Part shown: positions 17,753 through 27,336 of the stretch, piece by piece | Layout of the letters: each line of letters opens with the position of its first letter | Position numbering within the stretch: the first letter of the stretch is position 1 | DNA from: Spirulina sp. | GTDB taxonomy: Bacteria; Cyanobacteriota; Cyanobacteriia; Phormidesmidales; Phormidesmidaceae | Assembly (NCBI GenBank): GCA_044070495.1 | Contig: JBIPSI010000035.1 | Location: forward strand, 1 to 51,358 | Length of the DNA stretch: 51,358 bases | Direction of reading: 5' to 3' | Made by a program: the position numbers and the translations under genes | Notes under the pieces: generated by a model | What the model was told of the DNA's origin: nothing | The model's database searches: none | What the model saw: the letters and a program-made list of their open reading frames with translations, nothing else

Positions 17753-20700
17753 ATGATGATGGGTCAGCAGCAAGACGGGATGCGGTGGGTGATGCTATGC
17801 GGGTTGAGGAGGTCTGCCCGTGCGGTGGGGTTGGCGATGCTGGCGGCGTTGCTGGTGGGCCATAGCTCTAGGGCTTGGTCGCAGCCCTCAGCCCCGGGTG
17901 AGGTGATGCGGGTAGCCCAGGCAGTTCCAGCAATTGAGCCGTTAACCATTACGGGAGTGCTGGATGAGAACAGCGAAGTTTTGGACGATGGCCGCTTTTT
18001 TAATATCCACACCTTTGAAGGTGTAGAAGGTCAAATCGTTGTCATTGACCTAATCAGCGATGAATTTGACGCATTCTTGGGGCTGACTGACTCTACTGGT
18101 GAACTCCTTGCCTCAGACGATAATAGCGGCGAGGGCACAAATGCACGCCTCACACTGAGCTTGACTGAAACAGGCACCTATGGGATCGGGGTTCTCTCTC
18201 TAAACTCTGGCGAAATAGGGCGCTACAACCTGACGTTGCAACCAGGGACGGTAGCTGACGTAGAGCGAACCGAGCAGTTGGCCGAAGCTGCCCGTCTTAA
18301 TGCCCAAGGCTTGGAACTGTATCGTGCGGGTCGTTACGGGGAGGCCGAACCCCTCTTCCAACAATCCCTCGCCATCCGCCGCCAGCAGTTGGGCGACAGC
18401 CATCTCGATGTTGCCACCAGCCTCAACAACCTGGCCGAGCTGTATCGAATGCAAGGACACCATAGGGAGGCTGAACCCCTTTTTCAAGAGTCACTTGCCA
18501 TTTATCGCCAGCAGTTGGGCGACAGCCATCCTGATGTCGCCACCAGCCTCAACAACCTGGCCTTGCTGTATCGCATCCAGGGCCGCTATGGGGAGGCCGA
18601 ACCCCTTCTTCAAGAGTCCCTTGCCATTTATCGCCAGCAGTTAGGTGATAGTCATCCCGATGTCGCCACCAGCCTCAACAACCTGGCCGAGCTGTATCGA
18701 ATGCAAGGACGCCATAGGGAGGCTGAACCCCTTTTTCAAGAGTCCATTGCCACTTATCGCCAGCAGTTGGGCGACAGCCATCCCAATGTTGCCACCAGCC
18801 TCAACAACCTGGCCGTGCTGTATCGCATCCAGGGCCGCTACGGGGAGGCCGAACCCCTCTATCAAGAGTCCCTCGCCATCTTCCGCCAGCAATTGGGCGA
18901 CAGCCATCTCGATGTTGCCACCAGCCTCAACAACCTGGCCGTGCTATACCGCATCCAGGGCCGCTATGGGGAGGCTGACCCCCTCTATCAACAGTCTCTT
19001 GTCATCCGCCGCCAACAGTTGGGCGACAGCCATCCCGATGTTGCCACCAGCCTCAACAACCTGGCCTTACTGTACCAATACCAGGGCCGCTACGAGGAGG
19101 CCGCCCCCCTCTTTCAACAGTCTCTTGCCATTTATCGCCAGCAGTTGGGCGACAGCCATCCCGATGTCGCCACTAGTCTCAACAACCTGGCCTTGTTATA
19201 CGAGGCTCAGGGCCGATACGGAGAGGCCGAACCTCTCTATCAACAGTCCCTCGCCATCTTCCGTCAGCAGTTGGGCGACAGCCATCCCAATGTCGCCACT
19301 AGCCTCAACAACCTGGCTTTGCTATACGAGGTCCAGGGCCGATACGGGGAGGCCGAACCCCTCTTTCAACAGTCTCTTGCCATTTATCGCCAGCAGTTGG
19401 GCGACAGTCATCCCGAGGTCGCTACCAGCTTCAATAATCTGGCCGGACTTTCCTGGGCGCAGAGAGACACAGACAATGCTTTAACCTGGTTTCAGCAAGG
19501 GCTGGACGTTCAAGAAACTAACCTCAGCCTTAACCTTGCCACCGGCTCTGATGATCGCAAACGGGCTTATATCGAAACTATTTCCTGGGCCACCGACTTC
19601 GTGCTCGCTCTACACCTGCAAGATGCCAATTCCAACCCTACCGCCGCCCGCCTAGCCCTCACTACCGTGCTGCGCCGCAAAGGCCGTGTCCTCGATGCCG
19701 TCACCGACACCCAACAACTCCTGCGCCAAAACCTCAGTGCTGACCTTGTGCCCCTGCTGGACGAGTACACTACCGCGCAAACCCAGCTTGCGGCCCAACT
19801 CTACGGCGGCCTGGGCGACCAAGATCCAGAGGTGTACCGTGCCCGAATCGACGAACTCCGCCAGGAAACCAACCGCCTAGAAAACGAGCTGTCCCGCCGC
19901 AGTGCCGAGTTCCGGGTGGAAACCGAACCTGTTGAAATCGAGGCCGTCCAGGCTCTGATTCCCACCGATGCCGCCCTGGTGGAACTGGTGCAGTATCGCC
20001 CCTTCAACCCCGCCGCCAGCCAAGCCGAACGCTGGGGCCAACCGCGCTACGCCGCCTATATTTTGCACAACTCCGGCGACCCAAAATGGGTCGATCTCGG
20101 TGATGCCGAACCCATCGACACCGCCGCCCGCGCCTTCCTCGCCGCCACCCGCAACCCAAACTCCGGTAGCCAAGCCCGTACCACCGCCCGCGCCCTGGAT
20201 GAGCTAGTCATGGCCCCCATCCGCTCCCTGCTGGGCGAGGCCACCCACCTGCTGCTCTCCCCCGACAGCCAACTCAACCTCATCCCCTTCGCCGCCCTGG
20301 TGGATGAGCAAAACCGCTACCTAGTCGAAACCTACACCCTCACCCACCTCACCACTGGACGCGACCTACTGCGCCTGCAAAATAAAGCTCCCAGCCAACA
20401 GCCCCCCGTCCTCTTCGCCAACCCCAACTACGACACCGCTTCTATCTCCAACTCCCCTCTCCCCATGGGAGAGGGGCCGGGGGTGAGGGCCAATCCAGGC
20501 TCAGCCGAGAGATCCACCCACCGCTCCACCGACATCACCAACCTGCGCTTAGGCCCCCTACCCGGCACCCAGCAAGAAGTCGATGCCATCGCCCCCCTAT
20601 TGCCCAACAACGCCATCATCCTCACCGAAGCCACCGCCACCGAAAACGCCCTCAAGCAGGTACAGGCCCCCAGCATTCTGCACATCGCCACCCACGGATT

Positions 20701-21235
20701 TTTTCTCGAAGATGTGGACTTTGTGTCGCCCCCGTCCACCCGTGGCGACCGGGCCACCGGATTTCTAGAACCCACGGGCCTAGTTGCGCCTCCCACCCGA
20801 CCCGTCAACAACGAAAATCCGCTGCTGCGCTCTGGGCTGGCCCTAGCGGGGTTCAACAGCCGCACCAGTGCAGGAGAAGATGGCGTCCTCACTGCCCTAG
20901 AGGCCACCGGGTTGAACCTGCGCGGCACCCGCTTGGTGGTGCTAAGCGCCTGCGAAACGGGGGTGGGTCAGGTCGCCAATGGCGAAGGGGTCTATGGCTT
21001 GCGGCGGGCCTTTGTGATGGCCGGGGCCGAAAGCCAACTCATGAGCCTATGGAAAGTGGACGACCTGGGCACCGCCGAACTGATGCAGCGCTACTACCAG
21101 CGATTGCAAAACGGCGAAGGGCGCAGCGAGTCCCTACGCCAGGTGCAGCTTGAGTTCATCGCAGACCCGGACTACCAGCACCCCTACTACTGGGCCTCGT
21201 TTATTTTTTCTGGCGAATGGCGACCCCTGGAGTGA
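17753..21235 (+). CDS. Secreted PPC-TPR(42-aa)-CHAT protease
   Basis: Hydrophobic leader, PPC-like domain, ~9 kinesin-light-chain-type TPRs (HPDVATSLNNLA), CHAT HIATHG/VLSACET; exact start among several Met uncertain. Confidence 0.92.
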   Translation: MMMGQQQDGMRWVMLCGLRRSARAVGLAMLAALLVGHSSRAWSQPSAPGEVMRVAQAVPAIEPLTITGVLDENSEVLDDGRFFNIHTFEGVEGQIVVIDLISDEFDAFLGLTDSTGELLASDDNSGEGTNARLTLSLTETGTYGIGVLSLNSGEIGRYNLTLQPGTVADVERTEQLAEAARLNAQGLELYRAGRYGEAEPLFQQSLAIRRQQLGDSHLDVATSLNNLAELYRMQGHHREAEPLFQESLAIYRQQLGDSHPDVATSLNNLALLYRIQGRYGEAEPLLQESLAIYRQQLGDSHPDVATSLNNLAELYRMQGRHREAEPLFQESIATYRQQLGDSHPNVATSLNNLAVLYRIQGRYGEAEPLYQESLAIFRQQLGDSHLDVATSLNNLAVLYRIQGRYGEADPLYQQSLVIRRQQLGDSHPDVATSLNNLALLYQYQGRYEEAAPLFQQSLAIYRQQLGDSHPDVATSLNNLALLYEAQGRYGEAEPLYQQSLAIFRQQLGDSHPNVATSLNNLALLYEVQGRYGEAEPLFQQSLAIYRQQLGDSHPEVATSFNNLAGLSWAQRDTDNALTWFQQGLDVQETNLSLNLATGSDDRKRAYIETISWATDFVLALHLQDANSNPTAARLALTTVLRRKGRVLDAVTDTQQLLRQNLSADLVPLLDEYTTAQTQLAAQLYGGLGDQDPEVYRARIDELRQETNRLENELSRRSAEFRVETEPVEIEAVQALIPTDAALVELVQYRPFNPAASQAERWGQPRYAAYILHNSGDPKWVDLGDAEPIDTAARAFLAATRNPNSGSQARTTARALDELVMAPIRSLLGEATHLLLSPDSQLNLIPFAALVDEQNRYLVETYTLTHLTTGRDLLRLQNKAPSQQPPVLFANPNYDTASISNSPLPMGEGPGVRANPGSAERSTHRSTDITNLRLGPLPGTQQEVDAIAPLLPNNAIILTEATATENALKQVQAPSILHIATHGFFLEDVDFVSPPSTRGDRATGFLEPTGLVAPPTRPVNNENPLLRSGLALAGFNSRTSAGEDGVLTALEATGLNLRGTRLVVLSACETGVGQVANGEGVYGLRRAFVMAGAESQLMSLWKVDDLGTAELMQRYYQRLQNGEGRSESLRQVQLEFIADPDYQHPYYWASFIFSGEWRPLE
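18330..19445 (+). repeat. ~9 tandem 126-bp TPR-coding repeats
   Basis: Recurring cagcagttgggcgacagccatc..gccaccagcctcaacaacctgg. Confidence 0.9.
20452..20489. repeat. In-frame palindromic dispersed repeat in the CHAT domain
   Basis: CTCCCCTCTCCCCATGGGAGAGGGGCCGGGGGTGAGGG, encodes SPLPMGEGPGVR; identical copy at 32088-32125. Confidence 0.75.
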
Positions 21236-21259
21236 ATCAGTTGATCACCGCCAGACATA
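21233..21259 (+). promoter_or_regulatory. Island promoter motif copy (TGAATCAG-N11-CAGACATA)
   Basis: Overlaps the TGA stop of the CHAT gene; 61 nt upstream of ATG 21294. Confidence 0.7.
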
Positions 21260-21293
21260 GGTAACAACAGACCTGTTGTAAAGGCAAACCTTT

Positions 21294-23453
21294 ATGCGCA
21301 AACTTTTCTCCAGTCTGCTCTTGGGTGGCTTCGTGCTCGGAGCCCTGCCCCTGCCCCACCCCTCCATGGGTCGGTTTTTGGCTCCTGCCACCGCCCAAGC
21401 CCAGACCAACCGCAGCGATATTTACTACACCTTCTACGGTCAGCGCATTCCCCTCACCCTGCGCCAAGACCGGATTGCGGTTTTGCTGACCCCTCCGGTC
21501 AGCGGGGCGCGGGGCGGGTTTTCGGCCTATCAGCAGCTAGAGCGGGCCTTGTCTGGCCGCAGCGGCAGTCGAGGGGGAGACAGCACCCCGGCCCTAGACG
21601 TTACCCTGCGCCCCCTGGGCAGTCGCTACGCGGTGATCGAATTGCCCAGCCTCGATGCCGAACTGGCGGCTGCGGTGCAAGACCGCCTCCAGCAGCCCTA
21701 CGTCGAAGCCACCCTGCCAGTGCTCAGCCGCGCCGGGGGCGACGACACCATCGTGCTGCCCAACCAAATCATCGTCAGCTTTGAGCCCGATACGCCCCAA
21801 AGCCAGGTGCAGCTTACCCTCAGCCGCTATGGCCTGGATATAATTCGGCCCCTGCAATTTACCCAAAACCGCTACCTGGTCAGCGCCCGCGAGGGCGATG
21901 GGCTGCGGGTGTTGAGTCTTGCCAACCAGCTCAATGGCGTGGTGGGTATTCAGTCGGCCACGCCCAACTTTGTGCAAACGGTGCCCTACCACGCCGTACC
22001 CCAATCCCTCGACCGCTCCCCCACCGCCCCCTCCACCGACCTCGATAGCCTGCTGGCCCGCCTGACTGGCCCCAGGAATTGGCCCGTGGCCACCGATTTG
22101 TTTCCCCTGCACTGGCATCTGGATAGTGCCGCCTTTCGTGGCCCCCACCAGCCCCGCACCGACATTCAGGCGGTGCAGGCCTGGCAGCAGGGCATCCAGG
22201 GCGAAGGGGTGGTGGTCGCCGTCATCGACAGCCTGATCCAGTGGGATCATCCCGACCTGGCCAACAGTCTCTACACCGTGCCCGATACCCAGCCCAACCG
22301 CCTACCCGGCGAAGTCCACGGCTGGGATTTCTCTAACCAGACCCAGACCTGCGAGGGCGATCGCTGCGCCATGGGCGACCCGGATACCCGCATCAGCACC
22401 ACCGAACTCGACCTGGTGCGCCCTGACCTGCAAAACACGTTTTTGCTGAGCGATGCCGAGCTTTTGGCGCAATACCCCAGCCTAGCCCAGGACATTCAAA
22501 CCGCGCGGCCCGCATTCTCCCAGCGCCAAGTGGCCAGCCTAATTCGCGACTGGATTCGCAGCGACATCATGGCCGAGTTCCACGGCACCTGGTCGAGCGG
22601 GGTGATTGCGGCCAGCCCAGCGGCGGAGCGCGGCGTTGTCGGCGTGGCCCCTGAGGCGCAGATCTTGCCGGTGCGGGTGTTTGGCCTGGGCGGCGAAATT
22701 ACCATGGCGGCCCTGGTCGAAGCGGTGGGCTATGCCGCCGATCGCGGTGCCGATGTGATCAACCTTAGCCTGGGGGGGCTGCTGCCCGATCGCGAACTCA
22801 CTGACCAAATCCTGGCGGTGCTCGATGCCCACCCCAACCTGGTGATCGTCGCCTCGGCGGGTAACGCCAGCCTGGATGGCGTCGGTTTTCCGGCGGCGAT
22901 TCCGGGGGTGATTTCGGTGGGGGCCACCACGATGGAAGGGCGACGCACCTTCTACAGCAGCTACGGCGGCGGGCTGGATGTGGTGGCCCCTGGGGGCGAC
23001 ATCAGCCAGGTGGGCCTGTTTGGCATTTTGACCACGGGCGGCACCGGGGTACCCGGCTTTTGGCGCGGCATGGAGCCGCCCACCACGCCGTGGGGCGTGG
23101 GTTTAGATGGGCTGGGGCAGTTTGTGCAGGTGCAGGGCACGTCGTTTTCGGCCCCGGCCACCTCGGGCACCGTGGCCCTGATGCTGGCCGCCAACGGCAG
23201 CCTCAGTCGCGACCAGGTGACGGAGATTCTGACCTCTACCGCCAGCTATACGGGGCTAGGGCTGACCCAGTCGGAGGCCAACCAGTATCGCCTCCAGGCG
23301 GAGGTGGGGCTGGGTACGGCGCTGGACAGCCAGGTGCTGCGGCCCTCGGGTATTTTTAGCTTTCCCCAGCCGATTTCGCCTGAGCAGTACTATTTTGGCC
23401 GAGGGCTGGTGAATGCGGCAGCGGCGGTGGAACGGGCCAGAGCGCTGCGGTAG
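21294..23453 (+). CDS. Secreted S8 subtilase with prodomain
   Basis: Signal peptide; triad VIDS / FHGTWS / GTSFSAP. Confidence 0.92.
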   Translation: MRKLFSSLLLGGFVLGALPLPHPSMGRFLAPATAQAQTNRSDIYYTFYGQRIPLTLRQDRIAVLLTPPVSGARGGFSAYQQLERALSGRSGSRGGDSTPALDVTLRPLGSRYAVIELPSLDAELAAAVQDRLQQPYVEATLPVLSRAGGDDTIVLPNQIIVSFEPDTPQSQVQLTLSRYGLDIIRPLQFTQNRYLVSAREGDGLRVLSLANQLNGVVGIQSATPNFVQTVPYHAVPQSLDRSPTAPSTDLDSLLARLTGPRNWPVATDLFPLHWHLDSAAFRGPHQPRTDIQAVQAWQQGIQGEGVVVAVIDSLIQWDHPDLANSLYTVPDTQPNRLPGEVHGWDFSNQTQTCEGDRCAMGDPDTRISTTELDLVRPDLQNTFLLSDAELLAQYPSLAQDIQTARPAFSQRQVASLIRDWIRSDIMAEFHGTWSSGVIAASPAAERGVVGVAPEAQILPVRVFGLGGEITMAALVEAVGYAADRGADVINLSLGGLLPDRELTDQILAVLDAHPNLVIVASAGNASLDGVGFPAAIPGVISVGATTMEGRRTFYSSYGGGLDVVAPGGDISQVGLFGILTTGGTGVPGFWRGMEPPTTPWGVGLDGLGQFVQVQGTSFSAPATSGTVALMLAANGSLSRDQVTEILTSTASYTGLGLTQSEANQYRLQAEVGLGTALDSQVLRPSGIFSFPQPISPEQYYFGRGLVNAAAAVERARALR

Positions 23454-23510
23454 TGGGTGCTTGCCCCCTTATCCGCATCAAAAAACCCTGATTCCCAGGC
23501 CGACAAACCC

Positions 23511-23536
23511 TAGGGGCGAGGTCTCCTCGCCCGCTA
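23511..23536. repeat. Short palindromic dispersed repeat
   Basis: TAGGGGCGAGG-TCT-CCTCGCCCGCTA hairpin. Confidence 0.55.
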
Positions 23537-23597
23537 ATACTGGGGGTAAACCAGCCGGATTTTCCTTGGGGGTGCCGCGTCAGCGGCATGGACGATT

Positions 23598-23624
23598 GGT
23601 ATAAGTAGCCTGGAGCAGGACATA
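23598..23624 (+). promoter_or_regulatory. Island promoter motif copy (GGTATAAG-N11-AGGACATA)
   Basis: 63 nt upstream of ATG 23661, within the shared leader. Confidence 0.7.
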
Positions 23625-23660
23625 TATAGTAATGTCACCCCCAGATGGAGCATTGCCCCC

Positions 23661-26600
23661 ATGCGTTACGTTGCGAAGCTGTTGGGTTTGGTTGCGGTTA
23701 CGGCGGTAATGGTGCCCTTTGCCCAGAACCCCGGTTTCTCTAAAGAAATCGGGGTTCTGATGCCCCCGGCCTTGGCCCAAAGCGCCACAGACCGCTTAGC
23801 CGAGGCGGATGCCCTGTTGCAACAGGGTATTGAGCAAGCCCAAGTTAGCCAGTTTCGGGAGGCAATGCAGTCCTGGGAACAAGCGTTGGAAATTTACCGC
23901 GAGATAGATGATCGGTTCGGGGAAGGTGCTGCCCTGGGCAATATGGGCAATGCTTACCATAGCCTCGGTCAATATGAACGCGCCATTGACTTCTATCAGC
24001 AACATCTGGCTATTACCCGCGAGATGAGTGATCGCCAAGGGGAAGGAATCGCTCTGGGCAATTTAGGTGCTGCTTACCATAGCCTCGGTCAATATGAACG
24101 CGCCATTGACTTCCATCAGCAAAGTCTTGCCATTGCCCGCGAGATTGGTGATCGCCAAGGGGAAGCAAGGATTCTGGACAGTTTGGGCAATGCCTACGCT
24201 GACCTCGATCAATATCAACGCGCCATTGACTTCTATCAGCAAAGTCTTGCCATTGCCCGCGAGATTGATGATCGCCAAGGGGAAGCAAGAATTCTGGGCA
24301 GTTTGGGCAATGCCTACGCTGACCTCGGTCAATATCAACGCGCTATTGACTTCTATCAGCAACTTCTGGCGATTGCCCGCGAGATTAGCCATCGCCAAGG
24401 AGAAGGAATCGCCCTGGGAAATTTAGGCATTGCCTACGCTGACCTCGGTCAATATCAACGCGCTATTGACTTCTATCAGCAAGGTCTTGCCATTGCCCGC
24501 GAGATTGGTAATCGCAAAGAGGAAGCAAGCGTTCTAAGCAATTTGGGCAATGCCTACACTGACCTTGGCCAATATCAACGCGCCATTGACTTCTATCAGC
24601 AAAGTCTTGTCATTGCCCGTGAGATTGGTGATCGTCAAGGGGAAGCAAACTGTCTAGGCAATTTAGGTATTGCCTACAATAACCTCAGTCAATATGAACG
24701 CGCCATTGGCTTCTATGAGCAGCATTTGGCGATCGCCCGCGAGATTGGTGATCGCCGAGGGGAAGGAAGCTTTCTAGGCAATTTGGGCATTGCCTACGCT
24801 GACCTCGGTCAATATGAACGCGCTATTGACTTCTATCAGCAAGGTCTTGCCATTGCCCGCGAGATTGGCGATCGCCGAGGAGAAGGAATCGCCCTGGGCA
24901 ATTTGGGCAGCGCTTACGATAGCCTCGGTCAATATGAACGCGCCATCGACTTCTATGAGCAACATTTAGCGATCGCCCGCGAGATTGGCGATCGCCGAGG
25001 AGAAGGAATCGCCCTGGGCAATTTGGGCATTGCTTACGATAACCTCGGTCAATATCAACGCACCATTGACTTCCATCAGCAAAGTCTTGCCATTGTCCGC
25101 GAGATTGGTGATCGCAAAGGGGAAGGAATCGCCCTGGGCAGTTTGGGCAATGCTTACCACAATCTTGGTCAATATGAACGCGCCATTGACTTCTATCAGC
25201 AAAGTCTTGCCATTGCCCGCGAGATTAGTGATCGCCAAGCAGAAGGAATCTCTCTGAGCAGTTTGGGCAATGCTCACCACAATCTTGGTCAATATGAACG
25301 CACCATTGACTTCTATCAGCAAAGTCTTGCCATTGCCCACGAGATTGGTGATCGCAAAGGGGAAGGAAGCGTTCTGGACTATTTAGGCAGCGCTTACTAT
25401 AGCCTCGGTCAATATGAACGCGCCATTGACTTCTCTGGACAAAGTTTGGCGATCGCCCGCGAGATTGGTGATCGCCGAGGGGAAGGTAATGTGCTAAGTA
25501 ATTTGGGCCTTACTTACTATCGCCTTGGTCAACATCAACGCGCCATTGACTTCTCTGGGCAAAGTCTGGCGATTGCCCGCGAGATTGGCAACCGTCTAGG
25601 GGAAGGTAATATACTAAGCAACTTGGGCCTTGCTTATCTGGAAACAGAACAATTCGCCTTAGCTGAAATAGCCTTGGCTGAAGCCCTAGATATTTGGGAT
25701 GCCCTACGGGATTCAAATCTACAAGACGCAGACAAAATTTCCCTTTTTGAAACCCAGCGCAGATCATTTCTCTTACTCCAGCGGGTACTGGTTGCCCAAG
25801 AGAAAGTTGGCCCCGCCCTGGAAGTGGCCGAGCGCGGTCGTGGGCGCGCCTTTGCCGAGCTCCTCTACCAGCAGCTTTCCACCGATGAGGCCGTACTCAA
25901 CCCGGCTCCACCCAACCTGGACGCGATCAAAGCACTAGCCCAGCAACAGCAAACCACCCTGGTGCAGTACTCGCTCATTCTTGCCGCAGATGATGACTAT
26001 GCGGCCCTCTATATCTGGGTGGTCTCGCCCACGGGCGACATCACCTTCCGCAGGCAATCCCTGGAAGGGGTTGACCTGGCCAGCCTGGTGACCACCACCC
26101 GCGATGCCATCGGTGTGCGCGGCGACCGGGCCAGCATTATTCCTGAACCTACCCCCGAATACCTCGCCCAACAGCAGGCCCAAACCGAGACCAACCTCAG
26201 TCAACTCTACGACCTGTTGATCGCCCCCATCACCGACCTGTTGCCCACCGACCCCAATCAGCCCGTCGTCTTCATGCCCCAGGAGGAGCTGTTTCTGGTG
26301 CCCTTTGCCGCCCTCAAAGCTCCCAGTGGTAGTTACCTGATCGAAAACCACACCATCCTCACCACCCCCTCCATCCAAGTATTTGGCCTAGCCAACGAAG
26401 CCGCCGCCGCCACCGCAGGGGCGAATGGCCATTCGCCCTTTTCTGCCAACAACGCCCTGATCGTCGGCAACCCCACCATGCCCACCGTCACCTTCCTCAG
26501 CGAAGGTGGCAGCTTCCAGGACGTGCGGCTTAGCCCCCTGCCCGGTGCCCAGCGAGAAGCCGAGGCGATTTCTGGCTTTCTGCAAACCCCTGCGCTGCTG

Positions 26601-27092
26601 GGCAGTGCCGCCACCAAGGCATCGGTGCAGCAGCGTATGGCCGGAGCTGATGTGATTCACCTGGCCACCCACGGCCTGCTGGAGTACGGCGACCCCCGCG
26701 AAACCGGCACCCGCGACCTGCCCGGTGCGATCGCTCTCGCCCCCGGCAGCGGTGACGACGGCCTGCTCACCGCCGCTGATATCTTGCAGATGGACTTGCA
26801 GGCCAACCTAGCCATTCTCAGCGCCTGCGACACCGGGCGGGGGCGCATCACAGGCGATGGGGTAGTGGGGCTTTCTCGCGCCTTTGTCGCGGCAGGGGTG
26901 CCCAGCATTATTGTGTCGCTGTGGGCCGTGGATGATGCCGCCACCGCCGATCTCATGGTCGCCTTCTACGACCACTGGCAGCAGAGCGGCGACAAAGCCC
27001 AGTCCCTGCGCCAAGCCATGCTCACCACCATGGCGCAACACCCCGATCCGCGCCTGTGGGCGGCATTTACCCTGATTGGCGCTGCCGAGTGA
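23661..27092 (+). CDS. Secreted TPR-CHAT protease
   Basis: Shared leader MRYVAKLLGLVA; ~14 40-aa TPRs; CHAT HLATHG/LSACDT/WAAFTLIG. Confidence 0.93.
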   Translation: MRYVAKLLGLVAVTAVMVPFAQNPGFSKEIGVLMPPALAQSATDRLAEADALLQQGIEQAQVSQFREAMQSWEQALEIYREIDDRFGEGAALGNMGNAYHSLGQYERAIDFYQQHLAITREMSDRQGEGIALGNLGAAYHSLGQYERAIDFHQQSLAIAREIGDRQGEARILDSLGNAYADLDQYQRAIDFYQQSLAIAREIDDRQGEARILGSLGNAYADLGQYQRAIDFYQQLLAIAREISHRQGEGIALGNLGIAYADLGQYQRAIDFYQQGLAIAREIGNRKEEASVLSNLGNAYTDLGQYQRAIDFYQQSLVIAREIGDRQGEANCLGNLGIAYNNLSQYERAIGFYEQHLAIAREIGDRRGEGSFLGNLGIAYADLGQYERAIDFYQQGLAIAREIGDRRGEGIALGNLGSAYDSLGQYERAIDFYEQHLAIAREIGDRRGEGIALGNLGIAYDNLGQYQRTIDFHQQSLAIVREIGDRKGEGIALGSLGNAYHNLGQYERAIDFYQQSLAIAREISDRQAEGISLSSLGNAHHNLGQYERTIDFYQQSLAIAHEIGDRKGEGSVLDYLGSAYYSLGQYERAIDFSGQSLAIAREIGDRRGEGNVLSNLGLTYYRLGQHQRAIDFSGQSLAIAREIGNRLGEGNILSNLGLAYLETEQFALAEIALAEALDIWDALRDSNLQDADKISLFETQRRSFLLLQRVLVAQEKVGPALEVAERGRGRAFAELLYQQLSTDEAVLNPAPPNLDAIKALAQQQQTTLVQYSLILAADDDYAALYIWVVSPTGDITFRRQSLEGVDLASLVTTTRDAIGVRGDRASIIPEPTPEYLAQQQAQTETNLSQLYDLLIAPITDLLPTDPNQPVVFMPQEELFLVPFAALKAPSGSYLIENHTILTTPSIQVFGLANEAAAATAGANGHSPFSANNALIVGNPTMPTVTFLSEGGSFQDVRLSPLPGAQREAEAISGFLQTPALLGSAATKASVQQRMAGADVIHLATHGLLEYGDPRETGTRDLPGAIALAPGSGDDGLLTAADILQMDLQANLAILSACDTGRGRITGDGVVGLSRAFVAAGVPSIIVSLWAVDDAATADLMVAFYDHWQQSGDKAQSLRQAMLTTMAQHPDPRLWAAFTLIGAAE
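23920..25630 (+). repeat. ~14 tandem 120-bp TPR-coding repeats
   Basis: Recurring ctcggtcaatatgaacgcgccattgacttctatcagc. Confidence 0.92.
26419..26438. repeat. In-frame 20-bp perfect palindrome (SDR-like)
   Basis: GGGCGAATGGCCATTCGCCC, encodes GANGHSP. Confidence 0.7.
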
Positions 27093-27116
27093 ATAAGCTA
27101 GGCGCAGCTAGACATA
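27090..27116 (+). promoter_or_regulatory. Orphan island promoter motif copy (TGAATAAG-N11-TAGACATA)
   Basis: Near-perfect consensus overlapping the CHAT stop; no credible plus-strand CDS downstream. Confidence 0.6.
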
Positions 27117-27336
27117 CATTTTTGCAGAACAACCCGCCACTGTCCCCTGGGAGTCCATCGCTATAAATAGACTTGTTGCGAAACTAGAATTCAAGCGTCC
27201 CCAGCTCAAACACAGCTAAGGGAGATGAAATCAGGGACACAGCGATGTGACGTTCCTCGGATGGGATGGCCTGGGCGATTGCGGGTTGACAACCCACTCT
27301 CTCTAGCAGGCACCCCTTGAGGTAATCAGTCCAGAT

